DNA of 64,000 nt from a virus (taxonomy: Duplodnaviria; Heunggongvirae; Uroviricota; Caudoviricetes). A program made the position numbers and the translations under genes. The notes beneath the pieces were generated by a model. That model ran no database searches and was not told the origin of the DNA. It saw only the letters and a list, made by a program, of their open reading frames with translations. Numbering within the stretch: the first letter of the stretch is position 1; every line of letters starts with the position of its first letter. Positions 37,894 to 48,233 of this stretch are shown piece by piece. Location: positions 22,542 to 86,541 of IMG/VR virus record IMGVR_UViG_3300033463_000022; one strand, 5' to 3'.

Positions 37894-39786
37894 TTGGCTG
37901 ACAAAACCCTATACACAGAAAAAAGTATCGAGTCACTTAGCCCACTAGAGTTTACAAGGCTCCGGCCGCAGGTATACGCCGGTGATTGTACCTACTCAAC
38001 TCAGCTCCTAGTCGAAATTCTCGCTAATGCGATCGACGAGTTCCGTCTTGGTCACGGCTCGGATATCGACGTCAACATCAATAAGGACATAGTGCTTGTC
38101 CGTGACTATGGACAAGGCTTCCTAGTTAATTCTACCCGCGAAGACGGCAAGACCGTTCTCGAAGCCGCGTTCTCTGTTCTTAACACTTCCGGTAAATACC
38201 ACGATGATGGTGTTTATGAAGGTACGTCACTCGGCTCCTTCGGTATCGGTAGTAAAATCACTACCTTCCTCTCTCATTGGCTCCGTGTAACTACTTACCG
38301 CGATGGGCAATATGAGCAGCTTGATTTCAAGGAAGGTGTTTTTGATAAGCGGCAGGTCGGGAAAACAATCAATCCTCATATCACTGGCACAGAAGTATCT
38401 TGGCAGCCTAGCGAGCAATTCTTCACCCATACCGAGGTAGACGTTCCTATTATTACTAAGCTAATCCAAACGCTTGTGTGTCTGTGTCCCGGGCTCACAA
38501 TTAACCTTCAAGTAAATGGGAATACCTCTCATTATCATTCTGAGCATGGAATTGACGACCTTGTAGACCAAGGTACTAACGGTAAGGAAATCATCAAGAA
38601 CCGTTTCTCTACCCATTTCGAAGAAGGTAAGAATAAACTCGACCTCGTCCTCACCTATACCTCTAACCATTCTCTAACTATTGTTCCTTATGTCAATACA
38701 GGACTTACAGAGAGCGGTCCGCATATCGTCCAGATTAAGACCCTTCTCACTCGCGAGTTCAATAAGTTCTTCCGAGAGAAAGGCTACCTCAAAGAGAAGG
38801 ACGAAAATCTATCGGGCGACGATATCCAAGAAGGTATGTACCTTGTCTTTAATGTCACCGCACCTAATGTGGCTTACGATGCACAGGTCAAGTCCCGTGT
38901 CACTAGGCTGGAAATGAAGCCATTTACTTCTGCTCTTGCTGAAAACTTGCAATTCTGGTTGCAAGCTAATGAGAAGGAAGTTAAAGCAATTGCGGAAAAG
39001 GCATTGACTGCGCGCAAAGCCCGTGAAGCAGCTCGCAAGGCTCGCGATGCAGTCAGGGATATCAAGCCAAAAGAGAAAAACACCCTTAAGGCTAAGATGG
39101 CTTTGAGCGATAAATTTATTGACTGTACTAACAAAGACCCCGATAAGCGTACTTTAATTATCGTCGAAGGCGTGTCCGCGGCAGGAGCAGTTATCGAGGC
39201 TCGTAATCCTCAGACAGATGCCATCTATCTTCTCCGCGGTAAAATTATCAGCCCTCTTAAAACAGATGTTTCTAAGATCCTCGCCAATCAAGAGATGAGC
39301 GATTTAGTGAAGGTTATTGGCGCTGGTTTTGATAAGACTTTTGACCTTAGTAAGATGAACTTCAGTAAGATTCTTATCGCCACCGACCAAGATTCAGATG
39401 GTGAAGATATCGAACTTATGCTCACCACTTTCTTCTTTACGTACATGCGGCCGCTCGTGCTTGCTGGCAAACTCTACCGTGCTGTAACGCCTCTATATAT
39501 CGTCCGCCGCAACGGAAAAGAGCAATACTTCTATAGTGAAGAAGAATACCAAAATTGGCGAAAAGTAGATGGCAAAGGTGATGTTACTCGCGCGAAGGGC
39601 CTTGGTGAATTGAACGCTCCTGACCTGCACGCAGTTTGCTTTGAACACGAACGCTATAAGAGGCTTACGGTTAATGACGAAAAGGCTGTAACCGCTCTGC
39701 TAGAGACCTTGATGGGTAGCGCTATCGAACCCCGCAAACAATATATCTATAATAACGCAGAAAGGCTAGGGTTTAACTTCGTATGA
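37894..39786 (+). CDS. type II DNA topoisomerase large subunit (GyrB/T4 gp39-like: GHKL ATPase plus Toprim)
   Basis: ILANAIDE and GLHH-like ATPase motifs; Toprim EGVSAAG...DQDSDG; TAG-free. Confidence 0.85.
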   Translation: MADKTLYTEKSIESLSPLEFTRLRPQVYAGDCTYSTQLLVEILANAIDEFRLGHGSDIDVNINKDIVLVRDYGQGFLVNSTREDGKTVLEAAFSVLNTSGKYHDDGVYEGTSLGSFGIGSKITTFLSHWLRVTTYRDGQYEQLDFKEGVFDKRQVGKTINPHITGTEVSWQPSEQFFTHTEVDVPIITKLIQTLVCLCPGLTINLQVNGNTSHYHSEHGIDDLVDQGTNGKEIIKNRFSTHFEEGKNKLDLVLTYTSNHSLTIVPYVNTGLTESGPHIVQIKTLLTREFNKFFREKGYLKEKDENLSGDDIQEGMYLVFNVTAPNVAYDAQVKSRVTRLEMKPFTSALAENLQFWLQANEKEVKAIAEKALTARKAREAARKARDAVRDIKPKEKNTLKAKMALSDKFIDCTNKDPDKRTLIIVEGVSAAGAVIEARNPQTDAIYLLRGKIISPLKTDVSKILANQEMSDLVKVIGAGFDKTFDLSKMNFSKILIATDQDSDGEDIELMLTTFFFTYMRPLVLAGKLYRAVTPLYIVRRNGKEQYFYSEEEYQNWRKVDGKGDVTRAKGLGELNAPDLHAVCFEHERYKRLTVNDEKAVTALLETLMGSAIEPRKQYIYNNAERLGFNFV

Positions 39787-39798
39787 GGAGGGTGTAAT

Positions 39799-40485
39799 AT
39801 GGGGTTTATTTATAAAATAAGTTGTCCATATTCTTCAAAAGTCTATATTGGACAAACTATCAATTCAATATAGACGCGATTTCAATAGCATATTAGACGA
39901 GACAGCGGAACAAAACTCGCTTAGGCGTTTCAAAAATATGGAATCGAATCATTTAGCGTTGATTTAGTAGAAGAAGTCGACAACGAACGATTAAATGAGC
40001 GTGAAATTTTTTGGATCAGTCATTATGATTCATATAACCATGGCTATAATATGACTCCTGGCGGACAAACAACGGTTTATGCAGTAGAGCAAACAAAAAA
40101 AGCCGTAGAAAAACGAGACAAAGATACCTTTGAATTATTAGCGGTATATCCTTCTTTAGCCGAAGCAGCTAGAAGTTTAGGACTAGAGGGCGCAGAAAAT
40201 AAACGAAAAAATTTAACAAAATGCTGTCATCGAGAAATCCATGAAATCTATGGTTTCAGATGGAACTTTGTTGGAGAACCGCCTGATACAATAAAAATGG
40301 GCATGGTTAGAAGAATTCCTGTTTATATGTGCGATAAAAACACAAAAGAAATCTTGCAAAAATTTGATAGCGCAAAAGCGGCTAGTATTTATTTGGGTAA
40401 AATAAATGGAAGCCAAATTACTGCCTGTTGCAAGAAGCGTATTCCCAGTGCTTATGGGTATTTTTGGAGATATGTAAATGAATAA
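39799..40485 (+). CDS. GIY-YIG homing endonuclease inserted between the two topoisomerase II subunit genes (228 codons, 3 TAG)
   Basis: MGFIYKISCPYSSKVYIGQT...YWISHYDSYNHGYN plus two repeated IYGFRW/AYGYFWRY helix motifs. Confidence 0.75.
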
Positions 40486-42862
40486 TGAAAAAATTTCTCA
40501 GATAACCGAGATAGACATTCTCGAAGAAGCTAAAGAAAATTTCTTAGTTTATAGTGAGGAGGTCTTGACAGACCGAGCAATTCCGAGCGTTGAAGACGGT
40601 CTTCTATCCTCCCAGCGCAAAATTCTCTGGACGATGGAAGATCCTTTGAAGATGACTTCAAAGGGCAAGACAAAGAAAAGTCAGAGTGTTGTAGGTTCAA
40701 CGCTTTCTACTTCTTACTTCCACGGCGATGCAGCCTGCTATGGCGTTCTCAGTAAGATGGCGCAAACCTATCTAATGCGCTATCCTCTGATCGATGGTCA
40801 AGGTAACCTCGGTACACAGGCAGATAACTCTATGGTATCTGCTCCTCGTTATACAGAAGCCAAGCCTTCCGTCTATACAGACCTCATGATGACTGATTTT
40901 AAGAAGGACGTTGTCCCTCTTAAAGAAACCTATAACAACGAGTACATGGAGCCAGTGGTTCTCCCAGGTCTTTTCCCCAACGCCATCTGCAATGGCCGCC
41001 AAGCCATCGGTATCTCCATGGCGCACAATTCAATGTGCCATAATCTTACCGAAACGTGCAATGCGATTATTAAATATCTTGAGCAGGGCAGCCTTACGAT
41101 TGACGAGCTACTCGAAATCATGCCTGGTCCTGACTTCCCGCTAAGCCAGACAGTAATCAATAAAGATGCAGTGCGTGAAGCGTTCGCTACAGGTAAGTCT
41201 AAAACCTCTCTAAAGCTACGCGGCGACTTTCATGTTGATGGTAACAAAATTATCTTTACTACTATCCCATATCGCACTTATCGTAATAAGATAACTGAAC
41301 AATTCAATAAAAACATTGATGTATTCAGCGAAGTCTTTACAGACTTTAATGACGAGAGCAAACTCGGTCAAAATAAGTTGATCTTCACTCTAAAGCCCGG
41401 CATTGCCCCAGACAGAGCAGTTGCCCTTCTATTTGATCTCACCGACCTGCAAACTTCCGTATCTTACAACATGAACTTCATTGTTAATGGTACACCGAAG
41501 CTTTGCTCAATGATTGACCTTATCAGATATTACTGTGAACATCAAGAGGAAGTCCTCATTAAAGCTACGGAGTTTGATAAGGATAAGGCTGTAAAACGCG
41601 CTCATATCCTCGAAGGGTTGATAGCGGCAGTCGATAAAATTGATGAAGTCATCGCTCTTATTAAGCAGTCTGAATCTCGTGCCGAAGCAGCAGCTGGTCT
41701 TATTAAGCTTCTCTCTATCGACGATATCCAAGCGAAAGCAATTCTTGATATGAAGCTTGGAAACCTTACTCGTATCGACAAGCAAGAGTTAGTGAATGAG
41801 CTAAAGGAAAAGAGAGAGTTTATTGCAAAATGCGACGAGATTTTGAATGATAAGAGCGTGCGGGCCCGCGTGCTCATCGGGCGAGTAACCAAGCTTCGTG
41901 ACGTCTATGGAGACGCTCGCCGCACGAAGCTCGAACAATACAAGGTCGAACCTAAAGCCAAGAAGGAAGTTCCTATTAAGGAGCCTGAGGACGTAGTGGT
42001 TTTGATCTCGAATAATGGCGCCGCTAAGCGGGTGGCCCGCAAGTCCTTCAGAGTTCAAAAGCGTAATACCGCAGGCGTAAAAACCAATGGTGATATCACT
42101 GCTTTCTCTGTCTCAACCAACACTATAGATTCTCTACTTATCTTTACAACAAAAGGTAAGATGTATAGGCTCCTGGTGGAGAAGATCCCCGAAGGTTCTA
42201 ATACTTCAAATGGCACTTTCCTCTCTAACTTAATTGAATTTGACAAAGATGAGTCTCCCATTGCATATGCTACTGTAAATACAGATACAGCTAACAAATA
42301 CTTATTCTTTGCTACGAAAAATGGAGTTATCAAGAAAGTTCCTTTGGAAGAATATCTTAATACCAAGCGTTCCGGGGTACTAGCAATCTCCTTTAAAGAT
42401 GGTGATGAACTAGCGTCAGTAACCTTCATTAATCAAGAGGAAATGATGTTGGTTACAAAGGACGGTATGGTCATTCGATTCCCAACCGCGACAATGCCAA
42501 TCTCTAGTAGAATTGCTCAAGGCGTTAAGGGTATTGGATTGAATGATGGAGACGAGGTATTGGTTGCCCTACCTATTACTAACCCCGAAAATTCTTTGGC
42601 TGTTGTTTCAACAACAGGAAAAGGTAAGAAGACCAAACTCTCTGAATTCACGAGTCAGAACCGTGGAGGTAAGGGTATTGCTTGCTACAAGGAAGAAGTA
42701 GCTGGCGCTGCACTTATCTCAGAAGAGGATAATATTCTAATAAGTGGTAATAAATCTTCTATAGTGATTGCGGCCGGCGATATCCCGCTACTAGGACGCA
42801 CGACTGCTGGTAACATCTTGTTAAAAAACAATGATGCAGTAGTCTCCATTGCTAAGTTCTAA
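40478..42862 (+). CDS. type II DNA topoisomerase subunit A (GyrA/ParC/T4 gp52-like)
   Basis: IPSVEDGLLSSQRKILWTM and AxRYTE active-site Tyr region; C-terminal beta-pinwheel; TAG-free. Confidence 0.85.
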   Translation: MNNEKISQITEIDILEEAKENFLVYSEEVLTDRAIPSVEDGLLSSQRKILWTMEDPLKMTSKGKTKKSQSVVGSTLSTSYFHGDAACYGVLSKMAQTYLMRYPLIDGQGNLGTQADNSMVSAPRYTEAKPSVYTDLMMTDFKKDVVPLKETYNNEYMEPVVLPGLFPNAICNGRQAIGISMAHNSMCHNLTETCNAIIKYLEQGSLTIDELLEIMPGPDFPLSQTVINKDAVREAFATGKSKTSLKLRGDFHVDGNKIIFTTIPYRTYRNKITEQFNKNIDVFSEVFTDFNDESKLGQNKLIFTLKPGIAPDRAVALLFDLTDLQTSVSYNMNFIVNGTPKLCSMIDLIRYYCEHQEEVLIKATEFDKDKAVKRAHILEGLIAAVDKIDEVIALIKQSESRAEAAAGLIKLLSIDDIQAKAILDMKLGNLTRIDKQELVNELKEKREFIAKCDEILNDKSVRARVLIGRVTKLRDVYGDARRTKLEQYKVEPKAKKEVPIKEPEDVVVLISNNGAAKRVARKSFRVQKRNTAGVKTNGDITAFSVSTNTIDSLLIFTTKGKMYRLLVEKIPEGSNTSNGTFLSNLIEFDKDESPIAYATVNTDTANKYLFFATKNGVIKKVPLEEYLNTKRSGVLAISFKDGDELASVTFINQEEMMLVTKDGMVIRFPTATMPISSRIAQGVKGIGLNDGDEVLVALPITNPENSLAVVSTTGKGKKTKLSEFTSQNRGGKGIACYKEEVAGAALISEEDNILISGNKSSIVIAAGDIPLLGRTTAGNILLKNNDAVVSIAKF

Positions 42863-42888
42863 GGAGGGAGAGTAATCTCTCCCTCCAC

Positions 42889-42925
42889 TTGACAGAAATT
42901 TCAATATATTATATTATACTTATAA
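42889..42925 (+). promoter_or_regulatory. sigma70 consensus promoter TTGACA-N17-TATTAT
   Basis: Perfect -35 with 17-nt spacer, upstream of the ligase gene. Confidence 0.6.
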
Positions 42926-42992
42926 AGTAAATATATTATAATATATATTATTATTATTATTAAATCTATATTATTGTGAGGAGTCTCTGTAT

Positions 42993-44159
42993 ATGGGTTT
43001 CGATATAGCTAAAGTAGAGAAACTTTATCCCGGCGCAGGTCCTTTCATGCAGGAAGCGATGCTCATATGGAAGCTTCCCGCAGGAAAAGAAAATAAAATG
43101 AGCGAAGTTTGCTCTAATGGCGAATATTTTGCCGAAGAGAAGATTGACGGTGCGTGGTATCAATTCACCAAAGGAACCGGAGGTCAAGAATATCTCTTCG
43201 GTCGCACTACCTCACGCGTAACAGGTCTTATGACAGAAAAGGGACAGAATGTTCCCCACATTCTTTCTGCTCTTAATTGTTTGCCTAACGGGACAGCTTT
43301 GATCGGTGAGGTATATTTCGATGGAGGCACAGCGAGAGATACTGTTACTATTACGGGATGTCTTCCGCAAGAAGCAGTTCGTCGTCAGAATAATCCAAAA
43401 GGAAAAGGTTTAATTAAATATTACGTTCATGATATTATATTCTATGATGGCGAAAATTTAATGGGAACTGGTGCTTTTGATAGATACGCTATCCTCCAAG
43501 CCATCTGGCAGAAGTATGAGTTATCTAAATTTCCTTTCCTACGTCTTGCTACTATTGTTGAAACAGGTATTGAAGAAGAGGTCTCTCGAATCCTCGCTGC
43601 GGGAGGAGAAGGCATGGTATTAAAGAAGAGAGATGCCGTCTATAGCCCAGGAAAGCGCCCTGCATGGAGTGCTATAAAGTTCAAGCAGATGGATTCAGAG
43701 GATCTCGTTTGTACTCGTACAATCGCACCTACAAAAGAATACACTGGTAAGGAACTTGATACATGGCAGTATTGGGGAAGAATGACATATATCTTCAATG
43801 AAACGACTAAAGAAGGGGTTCCTTGTGAAGTTATTTCCTGCTGTGGACCGACCGACGACAGTGATGAATGGTATCCAATAACTAAACCCTATGCTCTTAA
43901 ATGGCCCTCTGCTATTGGTATCGGCGCATATGACGACAATGGCGAGCTAAAAGAAATTGGTACTATTTCGTCTGGTCTTACTGACGCTGATAAACAAGCA
44001 ATGGCTGATAATCCAGATGCTTTTATTGGCAAAGTTATGCATTGTTACGGCATGTCAAGAGATCGAAAAGAGCAAACATTTAGACACTTCTCCTTTGGTG
44101 GTTGGAGAGATGACAAAGATGCTAAAGATTGCAAACTAAGCGAGATCTTTGGCAGCTAA
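42993..44159 (+). CDS. ATP-dependent DNA ligase
   Basis: Adenylation motif EEKIDGAWYQF (KxDG) and OB domain. Confidence 0.8.
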   Translation: MGFDIAKVEKLYPGAGPFMQEAMLIWKLPAGKENKMSEVCSNGEYFAEEKIDGAWYQFTKGTGGQEYLFGRTTSRVTGLMTEKGQNVPHILSALNCLPNGTALIGEVYFDGGTARDTVTITGCLPQEAVRRQNNPKGKGLIKYYVHDIIFYDGENLMGTGAFDRYAILQAIWQKYELSKFPFLRLATIVETGIEEEVSRILAAGGEGMVLKKRDAVYSPGKRPAWSAIKFKQMDSEDLVCTRTIAPTKEYTGKELDTWQYWGRMTYIFNETTKEGVPCEVISCCGPTDDSDEWYPITKPYALKWPSAIGIGAYDDNGELKEIGTISSGLTDADKQAMADNPDAFIGKVMHCYGMSRDRKEQTFRHFSFGGWRDDKDAKDCKLSEIFGS

Positions 44160-44213
44160 TAGTTGAAAAAACAAAAAAAATATTTTATTATATATTCACA
44201 ATAGTAAAGGAGG

Positions 44214-44432
44214 TTGCCAATGACCCGTACTCAGATAAATAAGCTTGCAAATACCATAGTCTCTTATGAGCAAGCCTTAAAAGATCCTAATAACTCGTAT
44301 GAAAAAAAGAAAGAGGCCGAGTCACAAATCAACCAAATTGCTATGATGCTTTCTAGGTTGCCAAACGGTCTACGAGTAATGCAACAAGTGGATGAAGTAG
44401 TACAATTAAAACTAGAGAGCATAAATATTTAG
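44214..44432 (+). CDS. hypothetical protein (72 aa)
   Basis: RBS AAAGGAGG. Confidence 0.45.
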   Translation: MPMTRTQINKLANTIVSYEQALKDPNNSYEKKKEAESQINQIAMMLSRLPNGLRVMQQVDEVVQLKLESINI

Positions 44433-44449
44433 AAAGAAGGATAATTATT

Positions 44450-44722
44450 ATGGCAGCAATGAAAGAGAATTCCCGCAAGGTACTTACCTATCTACAGGAT
44501 CACAATGGCGAAGATCTTATCGCAGCAGACGTCGCCGAGGCTCTTGGGCTCGAGAAGCGTTCTGTCGACGGTATCTTTACTGCATTCCAGAAGAAGGAAC
44601 TTGGCTATCGCCAGGAGACCGAACGCGAGAATGAAGATGGAACCCATTCTAAGGTTAAGCTCCTAAAGCTCACAGATGCCGGGCTTGCATTCAATCCCGA
44701 CGCGGAAGAGAACAAGGACTAA
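44450..44722 (+). CDS. winged-helix DNA-binding protein (putative transcription regulator)
   Basis: LTYLQDHNGEDLIAADVAEALGLEKRSVDGIFTAFQKKELGYR is a MarR/wHTH-like pattern. Confidence 0.5.
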   Translation: MAAMKENSRKVLTYLQDHNGEDLIAADVAEALGLEKRSVDGIFTAFQKKELGYRQETERENEDGTHSKVKLLKLTDAGLAFNPDAEENKD

Positions 44723-44773
44723 GAAACAATAGCGAGAAGTTGATACTTTTAACTTCTCGCTAATTTTCTACCC

Positions 44774-45733
44774 ATGTTTTACGGTTTAATTATCGAAGGC
44801 ATCTGTCTACTTGCTCTTTTTATTCTGTACTTGCGGGCGCGAGGTCAAGCGCGGCATACAGTCTAGCGTAACGACGCCATAGAGCAAGAAAACTAGCAAT
44901 TGGCTAATACAAATGACTAGCTACGTATTGAGTAGATGGCTCTTAATGAGTAGCGCAATGCTTCAGAGAAGCACTTAGAGTCATTAAAAACTTAGGTGTA
45001 GGCATAGGGCAACATTTTATAGAGCTACACTTTAACCACCCAATAGCTTGAAAAAGACGCCAAAGAGCGGGCTGAGCAGAGCTATTAGGCGGCGGCCGCA
45101 AGCCTAGCACAAAAGTATGGTTAGCAAGAAGCTGAATTAGAAACAACTTATTAGCAACACTCATAGTAGTTATTATCCCGTATTAAAGAAGAAGAAAATA
45201 AGCTAAAAGATTTAGAAGATAAATAGCTTGCTTATATTAAAGCAAAACAACGAGAAGAAGAAATTGCTGCTTAGCGAGATTATTATCGACTAGTTCTTGA
45301 AGATATAGATTGTGAAGAGATAAAGCTTCTTCGTAATTTATAGGTACAATTCTCAAGGAAAGAAGCCATCGATAAGCTTATATGGGAGAGTTACTACAAA
45401 GCAGCTTACGACCTCTTGATGACGCATTTGTTCTAGAGTTCTGATAAATTATGCGGCATCTATAAAATCACTAATCTTGAAAACGGTTAGGCGTATATTG
45501 GGCAGTCTGTTGATATAAAAGAGCGGTTTAGATAGCATATCAAATCTGCTCTAACAAGCGGCCCTACAACCAATAAGCTATATCAATAGATGAAGAAATA
45601 CTAGCCCGAAAATTTCACTTTTGAAATACTGGAATCGGTTTCGCGAGATAAATTGAATGAACGAGAATAGTACTGGATAGACTTTTATAAAACAAAAGAC
45701 TATGGAATGAATGGGACAAAAGGTGGGTCATGA
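44774..45733 (+). CDS. TAG-saturated ORF: TM helix plus Gln-rich coiled coil fused to a C-terminal GIY-YIG nuclease domain (319 codons, about 25 in-frame TAG)
   Basis: Frame free of TAA/TGA for 319 codons in AT-rich DNA while carrying about 25 TAG; C-terminal LCGIYKITNLENG-Q-AYIGQSVDIKERFR-Q-HIK...NEREQYWIDFYKT is a GIY-YIG core. Confidence 0.55.
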
Positions 45734-46110
45734 ATACTGATTGGTTAAAAACTAAATATACATGCAGCCTCTGTGGTCGACAAACAGACGTGACAGGAAG
45801 TGTCATCCCCACAGAGTATCAAGGCTATATACTATGTATAGCTTGCGGGCAGATGCTCTATACTTGCGGCACTTGCAAACATAATGCCTGCGGGGTCGAC
45901 AATGCTCTTCATGGCGGCCAATGCCCAGTTAGTCCAGTCGTACAGGTTGTAACGCAAGACGGTTTCATGACAATGGAGCGGCCTGAAATCAATCCGCGAT
46001 TAGTAGATATTTACTGCGAGGATTGCATATGCCGTGACGATAAACGATGCGTACATTTTACAGTACATTCATGTGATAAATATGAGATAATGGAGAAGAA
46101 ATATAAATGA
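45730..46110 (+). CDS. Cys-rich hypothetical protein (126 aa)
   Basis: Multiple CxxC pairs; overlapping start ATGA. Confidence 0.45.
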   Translation: MNTDWLKTKYTCSLCGRQTDVTGSVIPTEYQGYILCIACGQMLYTCGTCKHNACGVDNALHGGQCPVSPVVQVVTQDGFMTMERPEINPRLVDIYCEDCICRDDKRCVHFTVHSCDKYEIMEKKYK

Positions 46111-46772
46111 GTGAACGTATAATTGGAACAGCGAGTTATCGCTGTGTAAATAACGCTGTTGTCTATGACTTGGAAGAAAGTTTGATCGCTAGTGGGTATC
46201 CAATGAGGACGACAGCTCCGGACGGCACAATGACAGATAGGGATATAGCAAGAGGTAGTACGTTGTCTGCCGCAGCGAATGGTATTAACCACGCGCATGA
46301 CCAGTTTCTTTCTGGTATCCGAGTGAACTTCGATCTTACTTTTAGTAATAAGGCTTGGATTGAAGCGGAACGTTATAGGTTCCTAACTTTTGTAAGTTCT
46401 CAGTCTACGATGCATCGCATTACCAAGTTTGATATTAAGAACCAGTGTAATAAGTACGTGCGGCCGGAGGTTATCTCGCTACTAGAGAACTTGGTTCACG
46501 AGTATCATATCATGACCAGTGAACGCGATGAAGCTCCTGGTCTTGAAAAAGCAGAATGGGACAAGAAGCTTGCTGAGAAATACCTCGAAATTCTCTATAA
46601 TACCCCCTCTGGCTTTGAACTCACGGCTCGTATGTCTACCAATTATCGCTGTCTCAAGAATATCTATAACCAGCGTAAAGATCATCGCCTCCCCGAATGG
46701 AGAGAATTTTGCAGCTGGATAGAGACTTTGCCATATGCGCATGAATTAATTCTATGTGATAGCAAGACCTAA
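46107..46772 (+). CDS. ThyX-like flavin-dependent thymidylate synthase homologue with variant RYR motif
   Basis: ERYRFLTFVSSQS parallels ThyX RHRxxSxxxxS; TNYRCLKNIYNQRKDHRLPEWREF parallels the NARSLMNFLNLRAD region. Confidence 0.5.
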   Translation: MSERIIGTASYRCVNNAVVYDLEESLIASGYPMRTTAPDGTMTDRDIARGSTLSAAANGINHAHDQFLSGIRVNFDLTFSNKAWIEAERYRFLTFVSSQSTMHRITKFDIKNQCNKYVRPEVISLLENLVHEYHIMTSERDEAPGLEKAEWDKKLAEKYLEILYNTPSGFELTARMSTNYRCLKNIYNQRKDHRLPEWREFCSWIETLPYAHELILCDSKT

Positions 46773-46781
46773 TGCGCTTTA

Positions 46782-46822
46782 TTGACTTATTATTCATTTT
46801 ATTGTATAATAGATATATAGAA
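46782..46822 (+). promoter_or_regulatory. sigma70-type promoter TTGACT-N17-TATAAT plus AGATATATAGAATG
   Basis: Near-consensus -35/-10 with 17-nt spacer. Confidence 0.6.
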
Positions 46823-46852
46823 TGAAAGAAAAGGATAAAAGGATAAAAAGTT

Positions 46853-47218
46853 ATGAACAAAGCTTATGTATTGTTTGAAGGAATCGTAACTAACTATGGT
46901 ATTTCCCGCGATGATGAAATGGTTAAAGAGCTCTATGAGCTTCTTAACGCGCAGTCTGACCCCAGTAAGCCAGAAGTAACTGAAGCTGGTCTCGCAATTC
47001 TTGAATATATGCAGAATTGCGAAACTTCCAATCTCAAAGCCAAGGATATCGCTGAAGGCATGGGAGTTGCTTCTCGTAAGGTGTCTGGTTCTATTCGTAA
47101 GCTCGTAACAGACCAGTTTGTGGAAAAGGTAGGGCAAAATCCCGTTATCTACTCTCTTACAAGCAAAGGAAAAGAATTTGATACCAAGACTTATAAAGAA
47201 CAACTGCAAGACAAATAA
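46853..47218 (+). CDS. hypothetical wHTH-like protein (121 aa)
   Basis: ORF after a consensus promoter. Confidence 0.45.
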   Translation: MNKAYVLFEGIVTNYGISRDDEMVKELYELLNAQSDPSKPEVTEAGLAILEYMQNCETSNLKAKDIAEGMGVASRKVSGSIRKLVTDQFVEKVGQNPVIYSLTSKGKEFDTKTYKEQLQDK

Positions 47219-47242
47219 GAACAATTAAAGGAGAATTAAGTA

Positions 47243-48199
47243 ATGAAGAAGAATATGTATAACTCTTGCCACATTGAAGGCTATCTCTATGAGCACAACC
47301 TTGAGCTCAAGACTACCGGCGAGAAGTCTAAGAACCCTGGCACTGAATTTATCACTGGGTCGATTGGCATCGCTACCGATGATGATATGATGAATGTCGT
47401 GCAGGTACATTTTACCTATGTAACTGCCGTTACCTCTAAGGGTAAGCCTAATAACACCTTTAATACTCTTCAGGCGATTATTGACGAGAAGCTTCCAAGC
47501 GTCATGGGCTCCGGCAAGGAGAATGCCGCTCGTCTCCGCGTTGACTCTGCTATTGCTTTGAACGAGTGGTATGACAGTCGTACCGAGGGCAATCCTCTTA
47601 TCTCCGTTAAGCGTAACGAGGGCGGTTTTGTCCATCAGATGACCATGGCAGAGCAGCTTAATGAAGATCCTCATGCTCGTGCCACCTTTGATTGCGATAT
47701 CCTTCTCACAAAGGCAACTCGTGTTGAAGCTAACCCCGAGCGCAATATCCCCGAGAAGGTCGTTCTTAAGGGTTACATCTTCGATTTCCGTAAGAGCATT
47801 ATGCCTGTTGAGTTCTCTGTGACCAAGCCTGGCGCTATGAATTACTTTGAGGGTCTTGACCTCTCTAGTAAGAATCCTCTCTTTACCCGTATCAAAGGCG
47901 AGCAGATCTCTCAGACCATTGAGCGCAAGATTGAGGAAGAGTCTGCGTTTGGTGACGTCAACGTTCGCACTGTAAAGAGTTCTCAGCGTGACTTTGTGGT
48001 TACCTGGGCCGCTAAGGAGCCTTATGAGTGGGATACTGAAGATACCCTTCTTGGTTCCGAAGTTGAGAAAGCTCTTGCTGATCGTGAGGTTTACCTTGCT
48101 GATGTGAAGAAGCGCCAGGATGAATATCTTGCCTCTAAGGGTAATGCTATTGCAGATGCCCCTGCTACCACTCCTAAAAAGGGAACTTATGACTTCTAA
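47243..48199 (+). CDS. putative ssDNA-binding or recombination-associated protein (318 aa)
   Basis: Position between regulator and RecA-like ATPase; no firm motif. Confidence 0.35.
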   Translation: MKKNMYNSCHIEGYLYEHNLELKTTGEKSKNPGTEFITGSIGIATDDDMMNVVQVHFTYVTAVTSKGKPNNTFNTLQAIIDEKLPSVMGSGKENAARLRVDSAIALNEWYDSRTEGNPLISVKRNEGGFVHQMTMAEQLNEDPHARATFDCDILLTKATRVEANPERNIPEKVVLKGYIFDFRKSIMPVEFSVTKPGAMNYFEGLDLSSKNPLFTRIKGEQISQTIERKIEEESAFGDVNVRTVKSSQRDFVVTWAAKEPYEWDTEDTLLGSEVEKALADREVYLADVKKRQDEYLASKGNAIADAPATTPKKGTYDF

Positions 48200-48233
48200 G
48201 GGGAAACCCTTAGAAGTCTATAGGAGGTAACAT

